Positions 40,064 to 53,752 of a stretch of DNA of 64,000 nucleotides are shown in pieces. The stretch's first letter is position 1, and every line of letters begins with the position of its first letter. Source of the stretch: the human T2T-CHM13v2.0 reference genome, Homo sapiens. The DNA is taken from assembly GCF_009914755.1 (NCBI RefSeq), contig NC_060926.1; one strand, 5' to 3'. Below the pieces are notes generated by a model. It was not told the DNA's origin. It saw nothing but the letters and a program-made list of their open reading frames with translations, and ran no database searches. The translations under genes and the position numbers were made by a program.

Positions 40064-40438
40064 TGTATTAGTCTATTTTAACATTGCTGATAAAGACATA
40101 CCCAAGACTGGGTAATTCATAAAGAAAAGAGATTTAATTGACTTACAGTTCCACCTGGCTGGGGAAGCCTCACAATCATGGTGGAAGGCAAGGAGGGGCA
40201 AGTCACATCTTACATGGAGGCAGGGAAGAGAGAAAATGAGAACCAAGTGAAAGGGCTTTCCCATTATAAAACCATCACATCTCATGAGACTTATTCACTA
40301 CCATAAGAACAGTTTGGGGGAAACCACCCCCATGATTCAATTATCTCCCACTGGGTCCCTCCTATGACAGACACATGGGGATTATGGAAGCTACAACTCA
40401 AGATGAGATTTGGGTGGGGACACAGCCAAACCATATCA
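40064..40438 (-). mobile_element. THE1 (B/C) solo LTR
   Basis: tgtattagtc...ggacacagccaaaccatatca; TSD gtgtc/gtatc. Confidence 0.93.
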
Positions 40439-40789
40439 GTATCTAATTGATCATACTGTCAGAAATATAAAAACTATGATAGTTTTTTCAAAGAGCACCT
40501 ACTACATTGTCATTCCACCATGTGAAACATTTAATCTCTACATTGTAGTGTTACATTATTTTCCTTTGTCTAACGTAAGCTGTGGTCACTCCACTGCACT
40601 GGGTCCTTCGGATGTCCAGGAACAAAGGTGTATTTAACTTCTGTACCACAAAGCAGCTGATTTCAGGCATGTGAACACAACATAGAATTATCCCAAGAAA
40701 AAATGATGGTTTTACTAACTTGGTGATAAGAGACTATGACATTCTGAGCCAATACACAGGGCAGAGGAGCACAGAGAGGCAGCATATTC

Positions 40790-41310
40790 ATGGGCAGAGC
40801 ACTATGACAGGCCTCTAGTGTCAGAAGACTAGGTTTACACTTGGCCACTGATATGGTTAGGCTTTGTGTCCCCACCCAGAATTTTATGTTGAATTATAAT
40901 CCTCATAATCCCCACAATCCCCATGTGTCAAGGGAGAGACCAGGTGGAGATAACTGAATCATGGGGATGGTTTCCCCTATGTTGCTCTTGTGACAGTGAG
41001 TGAGTTCTCATGAGATCTGATGCTTTTATAAGGGGGTCTTCCTTCTTTGCTTGGCCCTTCTCCTTTCTGCCACCTTGTGAAGAGGATACCTTGCTTCCCC
41101 TTTACCTTCCACTGTGATTGTAAGTCTCCTGAGTCTTCTCCAGCCGTGCTGAACTGTGGGTCAATTAAACCTCTTTTTGTTATAAATTACCGAGTCTCAG
41201 GCAGTTCTTTATAGCACTATGAAAATAGACTAATACAGCCACCTACTGTGCATGACATTTTGCCCCAGATGATTAGCATTTCTGAATCTCAATTATCTCA
41301 TTAACAAAGA
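40790..41310 (+). mobile_element. MIR split by THE1D
   Basis: gtcagaagactaggtt...gccac | ctactgtg...ttctgaatctcaattatctcat. Confidence 0.5.
40849..41237 (+). mobile_element. THE1D solo LTR
   Basis: tgatatggttaggctttgtgtccccaccc...agactaataca; perfect TSD gccac. Confidence 0.93.
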
Positions 41311-42098
41311 AGTAAAGAATCATATACATGAAAACTCATTGGCATAATACCTTATAATTCATGTAATATCAGTTATTTTTGTATACCAGGTGTGACCAAT
41401 GTCATTCACATGGGATTTAAATGAGATCTTTTAAATTTTTTTGAATTAAAACCTGTTCATGATCTCATGTGCCAAATTAGTAGAGAGTAAAATACTTGTC
41501 TCTTGTGAATTCTTTCTTCCCTAAATTTTCCATGAAACGTATGGGCTTAGTCCAAAGATGTTACTCTTCCCTCTAACTGCCATGTAGTGAGACAACTGAT
41601 GAAATAGAGCAGGTCTCAAGTTTTCAGCTGCCATGGCTTCTGTTTTGTCCTAGTGTCACTGTATAAAACTGTCTCTGTATTGTCCAGTGCAGCTTTCCCT
41701 GTTATTGGAATGTCCAGATCCCTGCTGTATCCACTGCTGGTCTTTGAGAGAGGACAAAAACACTTTCATAACATCAGCCTCAGCCAACTGTACTTGTGCT
41801 TGGTATCTGAGATTAATAGTTTCTGCAAACAACCTAAGCCACATGGCTGCAGCATTGGCAGCAACACACCCTGTCAGGACCTACTGTCACATCCTTTTGC
41901 CTTTCCTTACCTGATTTTTAAGAATCATGACAAAAGAAATTTTTTTCCAAGGTGAAAAGCTGTTTCTTTTCAGGAAAACAACTGGTGCATTCCAAATCAC
42001 ATACTTTTCAAGAACATTCCATCCAACCAGGAGTTCAGCTGCACCATTATGTATGTAGTCATATTGATGGTGGAAAGAAAATAAAGAGGGACAGATAG

Positions 42099-42406
<308 letters not shown>

Positions 42407-43029
42407 TAGGGAGGTATTCTAATTACATTAACAATTTCTCTAGGTTCTTACAGACTACTTGGACTGCGTTTCCATGGGACATTCACAAGTGATTACATCT
42501 GAAAATCCCTTAGGGAAATCCCCTTGGTAGGTAGGGTCTGAGACCCATGACACCATCATGTAATACTCTCTTTCTTTTAAGAAGAGTAGAGATTAATGGA
42601 CCATGGTGGTTATTCTCAGTAAAAGGACCTCAAGGTCTATGTGTACTTTATTGAAAGGTTGCATTTTGAGATGGGCTGGTGAACACGGAATATGATTATA
42701 ACTTACTACTTAATGCTATCTAGAAACCATGCTAGCTTGATTTTAAGGCTCTTATAAAATTAGAAAAAAAATTATTTTTCTTTGTTTCAAAAAAAATTTT
42801 TAGAAAGATATGTTGGTTGTGGGTCCACAATTTCTACTTTGAGTGAATTAATAAAAGGGGCAAGAACGCCTCCATCCCCTTCTCTTTTTCCTGCAACTTA
42901 ATATTAGGAACTGTAGGGGGAAACACCCTCTATTTTCTACCCATATCCCTAAATGATTCATGTCAGTATTTTGCGTAGTACAAGAATCCTATTTTCAGTG
43001 GACTAGAAGTAACAATTCTTGGCATATTA

Positions 43030-43242
43030 CTCACAGTAGACTAACTGCTGTAAAAACAACCTCCAAGTCTCAACAGCTTAACACAAGGCAAGTTTCTATC
43101 TCTCTTTCATCATATTGATGAAGGGCAGAAGTCTCTGGAACCCAGGGCATTTTGATTTTACCCTTTTCTAGATGCTGAGATTGAGAGTCTTCTTCATTCG
43201 GTTGGCTGATGAGGAGAGAGAGAGAGACAGAGGCAGAGAGAC

Positions 43243-43288
<46 letters not shown>

Positions 43289-44900
43289 GTGACGGGATGA
43301 TATTTCATGGGCCCTTCCTGCAAAGGAATGAACATCATTTCTACTCATATTCCACTGCCAGCACTTATCCATATTGCCACATGTAAGTGCAAAGGAAGCT
43401 GGGATATGCAGCTTTGATATATGGCCAGAAAAAGGAGCACATGGAGATTGATGGGCACTTAAAATCTCTGCCACAGTTCACCAATTTAATCACCAAATAC
43501 TATATCCATTGCATTTTTCTTCACACTCACCCCTCTCAAGGTGAGACAATATAAATTCTATCAAACTAATTCAACGATATCCAGCTCAAAGTCCAGGATC
43601 TCTGGGGTGTATGCAGTTTCCTCCTTCAGATCTTACTCGCACGTCTTGTGGCTTGGCAACCTAAAAACCAGGGGAAAGACATCTGCCCAACCCACACCCA
43701 AAGTTTAATAATAGATCAAGGTTAGGATATAATGATTGTTACTTAAAAATGGGAGAAACACATCTAACACTGATGCATAGCATTTGTAAAATCCCACTAA
43801 AACAAGCACCATGAAGGTGTTCTACTATGGAAGCAGAGGAAGTTTCTTTCGTGAACCTTGATTCTGCTCTCTGGGAGAAATCCCTTGTCCTTTTATAATC
43901 ATGGCATTTTAATCTGCTTGTGGGAGTTTCTTTGTTGATTGTTTGTTTCTTCTCCATTGCCTCATGTGAGGTGTTGTAGAATATGCCTTCCTTGAAGGCA
44001 GCTTAAGCTTCCTAGCTCTCCTCCTGATAGTGGAATATGGGGGCCCTAAGTTGTTTAACTCTCAAATGGTCAAAGGCATTTATTTATTGTTGATTGATGG
44101 ACTAGTTGATTCATTGTTTAGGCTTATGATTTCTTTGGCAATCCAATTTCCCCAGATGCTTGGTAGGCAACTCATCTTTTTCCTTACGGTTGCCTCTTTA
44201 TGACAATAGCTATACATCATTCCTAGAATAATTTTTTAACTTTATGTATACCTTGGCTTTCTGGTCCACTAACCTTTCTCTTTAAACCTAATGGAACTAC
44301 CCTGAGTCTATCTGTGAGAATGAGCTTTAGTGGAAATCACACTCTTAATTTGATTTTTAACATAGGGCTGTGCTTTAATGGACATTTGTTACTGAAAACA
44401 CTTTTCCTACCTTTTGTTACTGTTTTAGGTCTAGAAGCTAAAATTTGTACCAAACTTCAAATTCAAAAACTTTATCTCATTCCATTCTTTCATACCAAGC
44501 AATTTTGATCCAAACTTAAGATTTTCTTCTAATACCTTGCTAAGTGCAGCCAATAAAATGCAATAGACAACATTGACCTGTTTTCCAATCTAGTCTGGGA
44601 GGCATTTGTTCTTCCTTCCAAGTTATCAGTGAAAGAGTTTTAAATTTTTTTCCCCAAATCAAAGGGCTTCTTTAGCCTTCTATTTTCTGATATTGGTTTT
44701 CTTGCTGCCTACTACTTAATTGCTAAGTCAATGCCACATACTTTAGTTTTTGTTGCAAGACCGATTTCTCTATTACTTAGTACAGGCTCACTTTTGTAAC
44801 AAAGAAGTCCAATATCTATGGCTTTACACAAGAAAAGTTTATGTCTTTTCTTGTGCCATAGTCCAATATGGTTATTCTAGTTGATAGACTACTTTAAGTG
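43030..44900 (-). mobile_element. Old MLT1 (J/K-like) MaLR remnant: LTR 43030-43474, internal ~43475-44770, partial second LTR ~44770-44900
   Basis: LTR ends tctctgccaca; MLT-int motifs cagctcaaagtccaggatctc and gtcaatgccacata.tttag; second LTR 3' end tgtaacaaag...ggctttacacaagaaaagtttat. Confidence 0.7.
43213..43284. repeat. (GA)n-rich microsatellite inside MLT1
   Basis: Direct reading. Confidence 0.9.
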
Positions 44901-45085
44901 ATTATTTAATTAATAGAAATTTTGATTAGTAGGGAATAGTTGAAGAATAAAATCTTAAATTGATTTTAAGCATTTGGATCTTCTCATTTTTGTCTCAGTG
45001 TGGTAACAGCAGGGAGTTAAGAGAGCCCAAAATTTGGCAGGCCAGCAGACCTAGTTGGTGCTCACAAAATGCTTAATCTGTAACC

Positions 45086-45270
45086 AACATTGCCAATAGA
45101 ACTTTCCACAATGGTGGGAATTTTCTAGATCTGTATTGTGAAATATGGTAGCTGCTAGCCATATGTAATTAATAAGCACTTGAAATGTGCCTAGTCTAAG
45201 GAATTGAATTTTAAATTTTATTTTTTTAATTAATTTAAATTTAAGTGGTCACATGTGTTAGAGAGCACAG
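45086..45270 (+). mobile_element. MER3 (hAT-Charlie)
   Basis: ccaatagaacttt...ggtagctgctagcca...agcacttgaaatgtg. Confidence 0.85.
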
Positions 45271-45552
45271 AATATCAGTCCAAAATTTTCAGAGGCCAGG
45301 GGGCAGAGTCCTGTTTTTTCTTAGAACTTTTCTTGAAATTTTTTAATAGAAAAGAGGTTGTGGGTAAGTGAACAGGGCTGCCTCTTCCCTGCTGTCAATA
45401 TTAGCTATGGAAAAAAATTGCTCTCATCTGACAGTATACTTCCCATACACAATAGGTTCAGTAAAGCTAACCAATCAAATGCAAACCCTTTCTCTGACTG
45501 TGTAAGTTGGTACATATTTGTCCGAGTGTGTTGGATTTGATCTGTTCTACAC

Positions 45553-45796
45553 CAGGGGTGTCCAATCTTTTGGCTTCCCTGGGCCACACTGGAAGAAGAA
45601 GAATTGAGAAGTGTCTTGGGCCACACATAAAATACACTGACACTAATGATAGCTGATGAGCCAAAAAATAAAAAAAAAAAAAAGAATCGCAAAAAAAATC
45701 TCATAATGTTTTAAGAAAGTTAACGGGTTTGTGTTGGGCCACGTTCAAAGCTGTCCCGGACGCATGTGGCCCACAGGCCATGGGTTGGACAGCTTG
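45553..45796 (+). mobile_element. MER30 (hAT-Charlie)
   Basis: caggggtgtccaatcttttggcttccctgggccac...gggttggacagcttg; 8-bp TSD ttctacac/ttctatac. Confidence 0.93.
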
Positions 45797-46834
45797 TTCT
45801 ATACTTTCTTCAAAATAAAGCCATCTGAGAGACAGGAGAACTTTGTCTTAATTGAGTGGTACCTCCATGCCACATCCTAGATTTGCATTTCTACTGAAAT
45901 CACTGTGAAATATACAAAGACAATCCTGCAAGAAAAAGAAACTCACAGACTCCCCCTGAAACCTGCATATAGGTTGGCTTCATAAAAAGCCATTTGGCTG
46001 TGTAATGACAGCCCTTTTGTTCCAATGGAGCTTTCCTTCATCTGGCAGTAGATTCAGGATCTTATGTGGGGCACATCAGTCAGAAAGCATCTTCAAGGGT
46101 GTCAGAATATTTGTTCAGAAATGAAACTGTCTAGTCTTGTAACAAATGTGGAAAAAAAAAGTTCATTGATTGTGATCCCTGAATAATCCTACGCTCAAGT
46201 AATTTCCTGGAGCCTTTCAAAAATATTATCTGTTTGGCATAATAGAGATAAAAATGATGGGCATTGTAGCAATTCTCCTAGAAGCAACAAGAGAATGAGA
46301 AACTTGAAACTCTCCCCACTCCTGCTTACCCCACTTAGTAGACTAGTTATAAGTTTCAAAATACAAAGAGATATTTTTAGAATTAGATCTGTACACACAT
46401 TGTACCCAAGATGGGTTTTGAGTGAACTCCAACACAGAAAAGTCATCTTACAATCTGGAACCATATCACGTGGGGAGATGTGTTAAATAATACTTTTCTT
46501 TCCAAAATGATTGTATCTTGTATAATGAGTTTCTTACCTCAAATTCATTTTTTTGTTGTTGTTTAAAAAATCATCTTCAGCTACCACTACCAAGTTTTAA
46601 CTGTGGTTAGGCAAAGATCACATTTCCATTGTAGATTCCAAATTACTTTGCATTTTGCTCTAATGGACTCTTCAATTAGTACCCTTTTTATTCTGCCCCA
46701 GCATTCGTACCACTACAATATTTATCGAAGTTTAATTATGTGCAAAGGCCTAACCTAGCACAGATGGCCCGATGAGGTCACTTTGTGCTTTGCTGTTCTT
46801 TATCCTCACAGTGACTCTGTAAATGGGCCCATGA

Positions 46835-47165
<331 letters not shown>

Positions 47166-47869
47166 CAGGTTATGTGAATATTTAATTGAGATAATCCACA
47201 TAATGCATAAATCTTAGAACATAGCAACAAATCAATAAAGAGTAGCAATGGTGTCGTCACCTCTGCCACATTCCTCAGCAATCAAGGTGTGTGCCCCATC
47301 AGTCAGTGGCCAAGACAGGGCTCCACATGTCCCGCATCTGCTCATACCCAAGAGCGAACTTTCCTCGACTTCCTGCTTCATCCTCCGTGGTCTTTGTTGA
47401 AACAAAACTTGAACCAACAGTTCAACAATAAACCAGAGTATTTTACTTTGTTTTCTTCTTTCCCTAGATAACTTTTTATTATCTTCAGAGACTAGGGCTC
47501 TGTCGTCAATAAATATTTTTCAGACAAGGGGAAGAAGAACACTAGGTGAAACACAAAACCTTAGGAGAAAGGTTACCACATTTATTTTGATGCCAATCCC
47601 ACTGAAAGTTAAAGTCAAAGCATCTGTTAACCAGATCTGATGACACCTTTGGCATCTGCAATCAAACACCGAGAAGAACTGTGGTGACGTGAGTTTTAAG
47701 TTCAGAAGGGGAATCTACATAGAAAGAAGAAACAACGGGAAGAAGTATTCCAACTCTAAGCCCCCACTAGGTACTGCTTTTAGAATTGTGCATTTTCAAA
47801 ATATTTAGAGTTTAGTGTAGATATTTAATTATTCCTTTTCTTTTAATCCATAGAATTTCGAGGTAGAAA

Positions 47870-48080
47870 TTTTAGTGTCTGGAAGGCAGCCTGTGGCCGG
47901 GTCCTAGTCCAACTTAAGCACTTATTTGTTTTATTTGTAGTATGTCACTTCTCACATCTGTGAATCTGTTTCTAAATCTGAGGATTGCAGATGATGAAAT
48001 ACACTGTTATTTCTGGAAGACTGATTAATGAATCTTTTGTGAAAGCAATTTAAAAATGCAATACAAATGTATGCCATTTT
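47870..48080 (+). mobile_element. MIR (c/3-type) fragment
   Basis: tcacttctcacatctgtgaatctgtttc...gtgaaagcaattt..aaatgcaatacaaatgta. Confidence 0.5.
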
Positions 48081-48599
48081 TCAGAGATTGTTTTCCTATA
48101 GCATACCATAAAATAATTCACTATTGTTGTTTGTAAGGTGAGATTTAAAGACAAGGGCACGTTCATTCCGTTTGTCACCTTTGCCTTTGGTACACAAGAG
48201 GATACCATTAGTGGAACGACCAGATTGGGTGATTATAACTTCAGATGTGAGTTATTCAACTTTTAAATGAGTGCTCTGCAGGCCAGCCTGACTCCTCAGT
48301 CCTCTCCACATTACAGAAGTCAGTGGCCCAGAAGACTTGGCTGATTCCACTGTCGCACAAGATGATGATATAAACTCCTTATTGTTCCTGTGAGTGAGAT
48401 CCATTGATATCTTGGGTATCTTTGGAGATGATGCCTTTGAATTCTTGTGGAGCATCCCCAAGTTTATATTCATTCAGATGCTTTTTAAAATTAGAGGAAA
48501 AATTCTATATTTTAAAAAGGAACAAGAATATGTATAAGTTTTATGAAAAACTACAAAACATCAAACAACAAAGGGTAGGGACAATATCTGCCACACAGA

Positions 48600-49070
48600 T
48601 GACGGAAAAAAATGTTGTTTTTCTGTTACACAGAGCTCCTGGAGATTGATGAAAAAGAGACAAATAGGAAGATGGACAAAGTACTTCACAATTTATAGGA
48701 GAGAAAATGAGAATGACCAGCATACATATAACATTTCATTCATTCTCCCTACTAGTCAGATAAATATAAATTAAAGAAAAAATGTGCTATTTTTAACCCT
48801 CAGACTGACAAAAATATAAAAAGGATGAATAGGGCTGGGCACTTTTATACTGGTGAGAATGGAAATTGCCGTATCTCCTTTAAAAAAAGACTATGTACTA
48901 AAATTAAAAATACAAAAATACTTTGACACAGAAATCTCCATTTTGGGAGTTTAATAGCAGCTAAAAAGGGGAGTGAGAATGAAAATGAATGGAGAGTGGA
49001 TTATTATCTTGGAACATTTTTGCATTCTGTTGCTTGATAGAATAAACAAGTAATACCCATGTGATTTAAA
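48600..49070 (+). mobile_element. Old L1ME ORF2 3' fragment
   Basis: aaataggaagatggacaaag, ctggtgagaatggaaattg, ctttgacacagaaatctccattttgggagttt. Confidence 0.6.
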
Positions 49071-49082
49071 TCCATATGTATA

Positions 49083-49112
49083 TGTGTGTGTGGAAGAGAG
49101 GTATGTGTATGT

Positions 49113-49158
<46 letters not shown>
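49083..49158. repeat. (TG)n microsatellite (interrupted)
   Basis: Direct reading. Confidence 0.92.
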
Positions 49159-49160
<2 letters not shown>

Positions 49161-49967
49161 ATGATCAGAACAAGTATGCCACAATGTGTACGTCCTCAAA
49201 ACGTTAGGGCAAACCTAGTTTGCTTCATAGGTATTTATTCAGTAGGAGTTCAGAATAAGGTAAGTTATAGTTTTTCCCATTATCTGGTGGACAGATCATA
49301 TATTGTGTCAGCTCAGTTCTAAATGTTGGAGGATGACGTAGATATTCACAAACTAAAGAAATTCCAGAAAGGGGAAAACAAGATGAAGAAGGACTGGAAA
49401 TCATATCTCCTATGCAAAGGTGTGATTGATTACCCAGTGATCTAAATCAATAGTTTCCTTTCCTTTACTCCTCACCCCTCTGCAGGGAGGTAGGCATCAG
49501 GCCTTGTGATCCCATGTCTTATTCATCAAATCCATGGGCGATTTTTCTTATCTGGGTTGTTTATAGCATTTGATAATATTAATAAAGACTTCCTTCTTTT
49601 TTCATTTATAAACTTTACTTTTTAAATATTACGTGCTAATGTGCTTATAATGAAAAGCATTATTCCCTTTCTTTACTAACCCTAAATTCTACTGTACCAG
49701 AGATAATTTTTAAAAGCGATTTCCGATTTCAGTTTTTCTGATGTTCACCTCCATATTTCTTATTCTTGAGTTAGCAGCTTTTTGCATACTTCAATGACTT
49801 GGTCCTAGGAAAGCTGAAAATATCACTTATACTATGCTGTGTTCAGTTCTTTTCCAAATTTTTTTCTAGTGTGTTTTTTTTTGTGAAACAAATACTGCTA
49901 ATTGTTCCCAAACATCATCACAGCAGAATCTAGATCTATTTTTTTTTTTTTTTAGATTTTAGATTTG

Positions 49968-50278
<311 letters not shown>

Positions 50279-50289
50279 TTAGATTTATA

Positions 50290-50718
50290 GAATAAGTACA
50301 TTCCCCAGCTTTCCTTGTAACTAGATGTGGCCACGTGACCAAGATTTGGCCAATAACATTAAGAATCAAAGCTGTGTGTCAGCTTCTAGGGACTTTAAAA
50401 AATCACTTTATGTGGAGTGTGGGTTCTTGTTGTATCCTTTCCTTCTTTCTGCTGGTTGGAATGCAGACATGATTGCTGAAGTTCAAGTGGCTATTTTGGA
50501 CAATAAAGTAAACTTGTGAGAGATGACTCCCGCAGCAAAGAAACAAAACGAGATAAATCTAAGTCCCTGAAGACTTTGTAAATTAGACTTGCCAGGCCTG
50601 TTCTGGACTTCTTTCTGCCAGGTTTTTACATGAAAGAGAAATAAGTTTTTATTTTGCATAAGCCATTGCTATCTGGGGTCTTTGCTGCTTGCAGATAAGT
50701 TTAATTTTAACTAGTACA
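50290..50718 (+). mobile_element. MLT1J-like MaLR solo LTR
   Basis: tagatgtggccacgtgacc, ctggttggaatgcagacatga, gagaaataag...ttaactagtaca. Confidence 0.8.
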
Positions 50719-51699
50719 TTTGGTTGCCTTTATAACTTTAAATCATCCACTTAAATTTCTATTTTATGATCTTGCAGATTTGAGTACCTCTGAAGATAAA
50801 GCTTTTGAATGCTTGTGAAAGCACCCAAGTTTTTATTCACTCAAATGCTTGTCAAAGTATATACTTTGATTTAAAAATAAGCAGAAAACTTTATCGATAC
50901 ATTCTTTGAGAAAATGTAAAAAACCAAAATATAATTGACCAGTATTTACAACACAAAATTAAAAAGCAAAAAAGAGACAGGTATCTCTTGGCTTACCACT
51001 GAATTTCCACAAAAGGCCACAAAAGTGTCTCTGTATCTCCCTCCCTCTCTCTCTCTCCTTATTCTCTTGCACTTCCCAGGCTCTATCAACTTTAGATGAC
51101 ACTTATACTCTGATTTGTAACAATTAGTCGTCCAGGTTTTGTTCACTTTTTTCTAAAAACTAAAAATGAATAAGCAGCATTTACGTCATTATGACTGTGA
51201 AATAGGATTCACTGCAAAGCCACGAACTGTGCTGACTTCATTTCTTTTTCTATGGATCTGATGTTAAGATTTGTGTGACTTTAAAGCAAGTGTTTCTACT
51301 GTTCAGGGTAAAGGGATTCCTTTTACTTATGGTTAATAAATGTCTTAAAATCATGCTACATTTTAGTTTGCTTCATATTTGGGTCATGGCTTTCTATATT
51401 TTTGTTGCTGTTAATGCTTTGTTTTTCCTAGACTATTTAATTGATTCTTTTTTATTTCTTGATGGGAGAAGAGATATGTGCTTTCTTCACTGTGCCACTA
51501 AATCACTATCTTATCTAGCTTCTTAGTCATTCTATTTATTCTTTGGATTCTATTTCATCTTCATCTTGAAGACATTCTTCTTGGAGCCCATTCATTTTCT
51601 GTTCTAACTTTGGTTGCCTTCCAAGCTTACAGCGCAATTAACTTCCTGGGATTTAGTTTGCTGAACTCCTGAGTTATCTCATCATTTTTTCCATCATAT

Positions 51700-51910
51700 G
51701 TTTTCTTTGCTTTATTTTTCACCTTCATTTGGATGGTATATGAACTCAAGTAATTCACTCAGAAAAGGCAACTAAAGAATAAACAGTCCTGATCTAAAAT
51801 GTCTGAAAATAACCATACTTTGTCATTATAATTTGCTGTTAGTATAGTTGGCTTTAGATTGTGACCATGGAAATGATTGTCTGCTAGAACTTTAAAGGTC
51901 ATTTCCTCTT
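51700..51910 (-). mobile_element. Old L1 ORF1-region fragment
   Basis: aatgtctgaaaat...ctagaactttaaagg. Confidence 0.45.
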
Positions 51911-52636
51911 TGCAGAAAGAATGGCTGGGAAAATTAGACCTTTATGTTCTCTTTTTGGTGATCCCCAGTCCCTGAGCCACATGGGATAAGTCCTGCCCAA
52001 TTCAATTTCTCTGCCCACCACAGGCCCCCAGGTTTTCTACATCCCAAGTTGATCACACCCATTTATTAACAACCTTTCAGATTTCTATATGCCTTCAAAG
52101 ACCTATTTGAAACCCAGAAATCATTTGGTTTATTTGGATGTACCAGCATATATCTAACATAATCAAATATTCATTGATTTAAGAAGTAAAACTCTTAGTT
52201 TGTGGGAAGCATATCATTTCTTGCAACTCCAAGGCCTCCAATGCATACTGTATAGTGTATTATCTTTAGTCTTAGCTCATTGGCTTTATGTGTACTGTGA
52301 TCTTATACCACCTATGAAACCTTATTTAGAGTCAAAAATTTTAAGAGGTTGAATAACATACTGGGCCTAGATAACATCTCCATTTTTCTGATTGACATTC
52401 AATTTCTAATAAGCACTTCCACTAGATATTGCGCTACTCTTTTATCTTTGCCTAACAATCATAGAATCTAATCTAATATGTATCTATACATTTGAATTGT
52501 GTTTAGCTTGAAAACACATATAGCAAGAACTATTGCATTTTGTAAAAACTCATGGGTGTTCTGATACCAAGAAAATTGGCTAAGGTAGGGGAAGTCCCAT
52601 TTTATAAATTTTTTACTTTTGTAGAAAAATATCAAT

Positions 52637-52895
52637 GCAGAATAGTGTTACAAATGTGGATTTTTGGAATAAAACTGTTAAACTGAATGCCCGTTTTATG
52701 TCTTACTAGCTTTGTGATCTAAGGCTAGTTCCTTACATCTAACATCTCAGTGGCTCAGTCTTCACATCTTTAAAGAGTGCTAAATAATATACCTGCCATT
52801 TAGGACTGTTGCAAAGATATATGAGATGATATCTACAAAGATCTAGAATCGTGTCTGGAATGTAGAAAAGTCTCAATAAATAGTATTATTATTGT
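52637..52895 (+). mobile_element. MIR, near full length
   Basis: cttactagctttgtgatct...ctcagtcttcacatct...ctcaataaatagtattattatt. Confidence 0.8.
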
Positions 52896-53293
52896 TGGTG
52901 TTTTTGGAGGGTTCCAATAAAAAGCAGTCTTCTCTTACTCTCTCGTTCTAAATTTAATGGCAAATAAGGCAAGGTGTTGTCAGACAGAGACCAAAACGTC
53001 ACTATGTTGATCACTATAGCCTAAGATCGCAAATGTACTTTCTGAAAGTAAATATCAAAATTAGTGAGTCTCATCTATCTTTAGACAAGCCACAATAGAC
53101 CAGTGAGTTTATCAAGGTCTCGATTCCAGTAACAAAGAAATATGTGCCTTTGAGTTTCCTTGTTCCCAAGATAAAGAGGAAAATGGAAAAACATTAATGT
53201 CTCTTTTCAGTTTTCAAACACCAATCTGATAGCTCAACTGCCTTTTCCTGGGACAGAGTGAGCAGAAGAATGGAGATGCCAGGAGTGATAAGG

Positions 53294-53752
53294 TGACAAA
53301 GACCATCAACTCCTTGGCCTAACCTTAAGCTGGCTCCTCTGAGCCTTCCTTGCGGAATCCAGTTTTAGCAGGAATCATGCTGTGTCTGTCTAGTGAAAAT
53401 CTTCCATCCTTGTTGTCTAACTACCTTTGATAGCTGATCAGATTTTTTATTTTCCTTTCTGGACATGCTATCATCCAGGCCTGCCTTCAACAATAATCCT
53501 GTCAAGCCTGTTTTGGCCAAATTCCCCTGACCGCTGATATTTTCTCTTAGATTTCCATTCACTATAGCCCATCCAGCTCCTTGGCTGTAAGTCTTCAACT
53601 GTCCTTTTGGTACTGGGAATTGAGCCCAGTCTCTCTCCCCGACTGCAAGGCACGCTTACAGGGGTTCCTATACCTATCACAATAGTTACTACTTGATTAA
53701 AGTCTTCCTTAATGTCTTTAACAACTGTCATTAATATTTCTTTCCTTTGGCA
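53294..53752 (+). mobile_element. MER31 ERV1 solo LTR
   Basis: tgacaaagac...ggctcctctgagcc...cagttttagcaggaatc...ttggca; 4-bp TSD aagg. Confidence 0.85.
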
